Shown here: positions 63,042 through 64,000 of the stretch, in pieces | Numbering within the stretch: the stretch's first letter is position 1 | Layout of the letters: the number at the start of each line of letters is the position of its first letter | NCBI GenBank assembly: GCA_036172315.1 | Contig: JASFBC010000093.1 | Location: 27,108-91,107, forward strand | Direction of reading: 5' to 3' | DNA length: 64,000 nt | Source: Anaerolineae bacterium | Lineage (GTDB): Bacteria > Chloroflexota > Anaerolineae > B4-G1 > DUEL01 | Notes under the pieces: generated by a model | Database searches by the model: none | What the model was told of the DNA's origin: nothing | Seen by the model: the letters and a program-made list of their open reading frames with translations, nothing else | Made by a program: the position numbers and the translations under genes

Positions 63042-64000
63042 CTACGGCAACCCCACCGCCGCTTTCACTTCGGCGATGGTCCGGGTGGCGATCGCAGAAG
63101 CCCGGCGGGCTCCCTCGGCCAGAATGTCCCATATGGTATCCGGGTTGGCCGCCAGCGCGGCCCGTCGCTCCCGAAACGGGGCGAAGTATTCGGTCAGATT
63201 GCGGGCAAAGATTCTCTTGCAATCCACGCAGCCAATGCGGGCGGTCCGGCAGTCAGCATCAATCTGGGCCACTTCGTTGGGGGAGAAGAACCGGTGCAGG
63301 GAAAAGACGTTGCAGACTTCGGGCCGTCCAGGGATGTGGCGGTGGGTCCGCTGCGGGTCGGTGACCATCTGCATCACTCGCTGGTGAATCTCCTCCGGCG
63401 AGGCGGCGATCTCAATGTGGTTGTTCAGGGACTTGCTCATCTTCTGCTGGCCGTCAATCCCCAGGACTTTGGGGAAATCGGTGTGTTTCGCCTGGGGTTC
63501 CACCAGCACAGGGCCGAAGTGGGCGTTGAACCGCCGGACAATCTCCCGGGTAAACTCCAGATGGGGAGCCTGGTCCACGCCGACGGGGACCGTATCAGCC
63601 TTATAGAGGGTGATGTCCGCCGCCATCAGCACCGGATAGCCCACCAGCCCGTAGTTGACGTTATCCGGTTGCTGGCGGACTTTCTCCTTAAAGGTGGGCA
63701 GGCGGGTCAGCCATCCCAGCGGGGTGACCATAGATAGGATGGTGTGCAGTTCGGTCACCTGAGGGACATGGGACTGGACGAAGAGGATGGTCCCCCGCTC
63801 CGGGTCCACTCCTGCGGCCAGCCAGTCCAGGACCATTTCATACGTCCATTCCCGCAGGTATTCGGTATCCCTCAGGGTGGTCAGTGCGTGAAGGTCCACG
63901 ACGCAGTAGATGCAATCGTAGTCGTCCTGAAGGGCAACGTAGTTGCGGATGGCACCCAGGTAGTTGCCCAGGTGCTGCCGACCTGTCGGTCGGGCGCCGG
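63042..64000 (-). CDS. trpS: Tryptophan--tRNA ligase (5' end runs off the window)
   Basis: KMSKS motif. Upstream in-frame translation continues (HLGNYLGAIRNYVALQDDYDCIYCVVDLHALT) to the window edge. Confidence 0.88.
   Translation of the reverse strand, partial: GARPTGRQHLGNYLGAIRNYVALQDDYDCIYCVVDLHALTTLRDTEYLREWTYEMVLDWLAAGVDPERGTILFVQSHVPQVTELHTILSMVTPLGWLTRLPTFKEKVRQQPDNVNYGLVGYPVLMAADITLYKADTVPVGVDQAPHLEFTREIVRRFNAHFGPVLVEPQAKHTDFPKVLGIDGQQKMSKSLNNHIEIAASPEEIHQRVMQMVTDPQRTHRHIPGRPEVCNVFSLHRFFSPNEVAQIDADCRTARIGCVDCKRIFARNLTEYFAPFRERRAALAANPDTIWDILAEGARRASAIATRTIAEVKAAVGLP

Overview
This 64 kb window is a high-GC (~65-67%) bacterial chromosomal segment. Positions 1-13.5 kb carry a conserved ribosomal-protein superoperon (rplP through rpsI, including secY, adk, map, rpoA and truA) with a few lineage-specific oddities. 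The rest is a mosaic of housekeeping and accessory genes with four tRNA genes and several small repeat families.

The most unusual locus is a phosphorelay cluster at 52.6-62.5 kb:
- a threonine-synthase-like PLP enzyme fused in frame to a C-terminal receiver domain;
- a REC-HisKA-HATPase hybrid kinase;
- a 2209-aa CHASE4/multi-GAF-PAS sensor kinase whose start codon is preceded by a 13-unit tandem heptanucleotide repeat.

Other notable observations:
- a cluster of perfect DnaA boxes at 16.5-16.9 kb (candidate oriC or DnaA-controlled region);
- a new ~170-bp MITE-like intergenic repeat in three copies;
- a second GGTGAGGA-type hairpin repeat family;
- a Uma2/CooC-like/VapC-remnant patch bracketed by 63-bp direct repeats;
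- a stand-alone nuoB-nuoCD-nuoI module;
- a fourfold frameshifted LOR/SDH pseudogene;
- an rplX that encodes a C4 zinc-ribbon variant of L24;
- a DUF2283 gene inserted between rplE and rpsZ.

All calls were made by eye from the sequence and the six-frame ORF track. No database searches were run.
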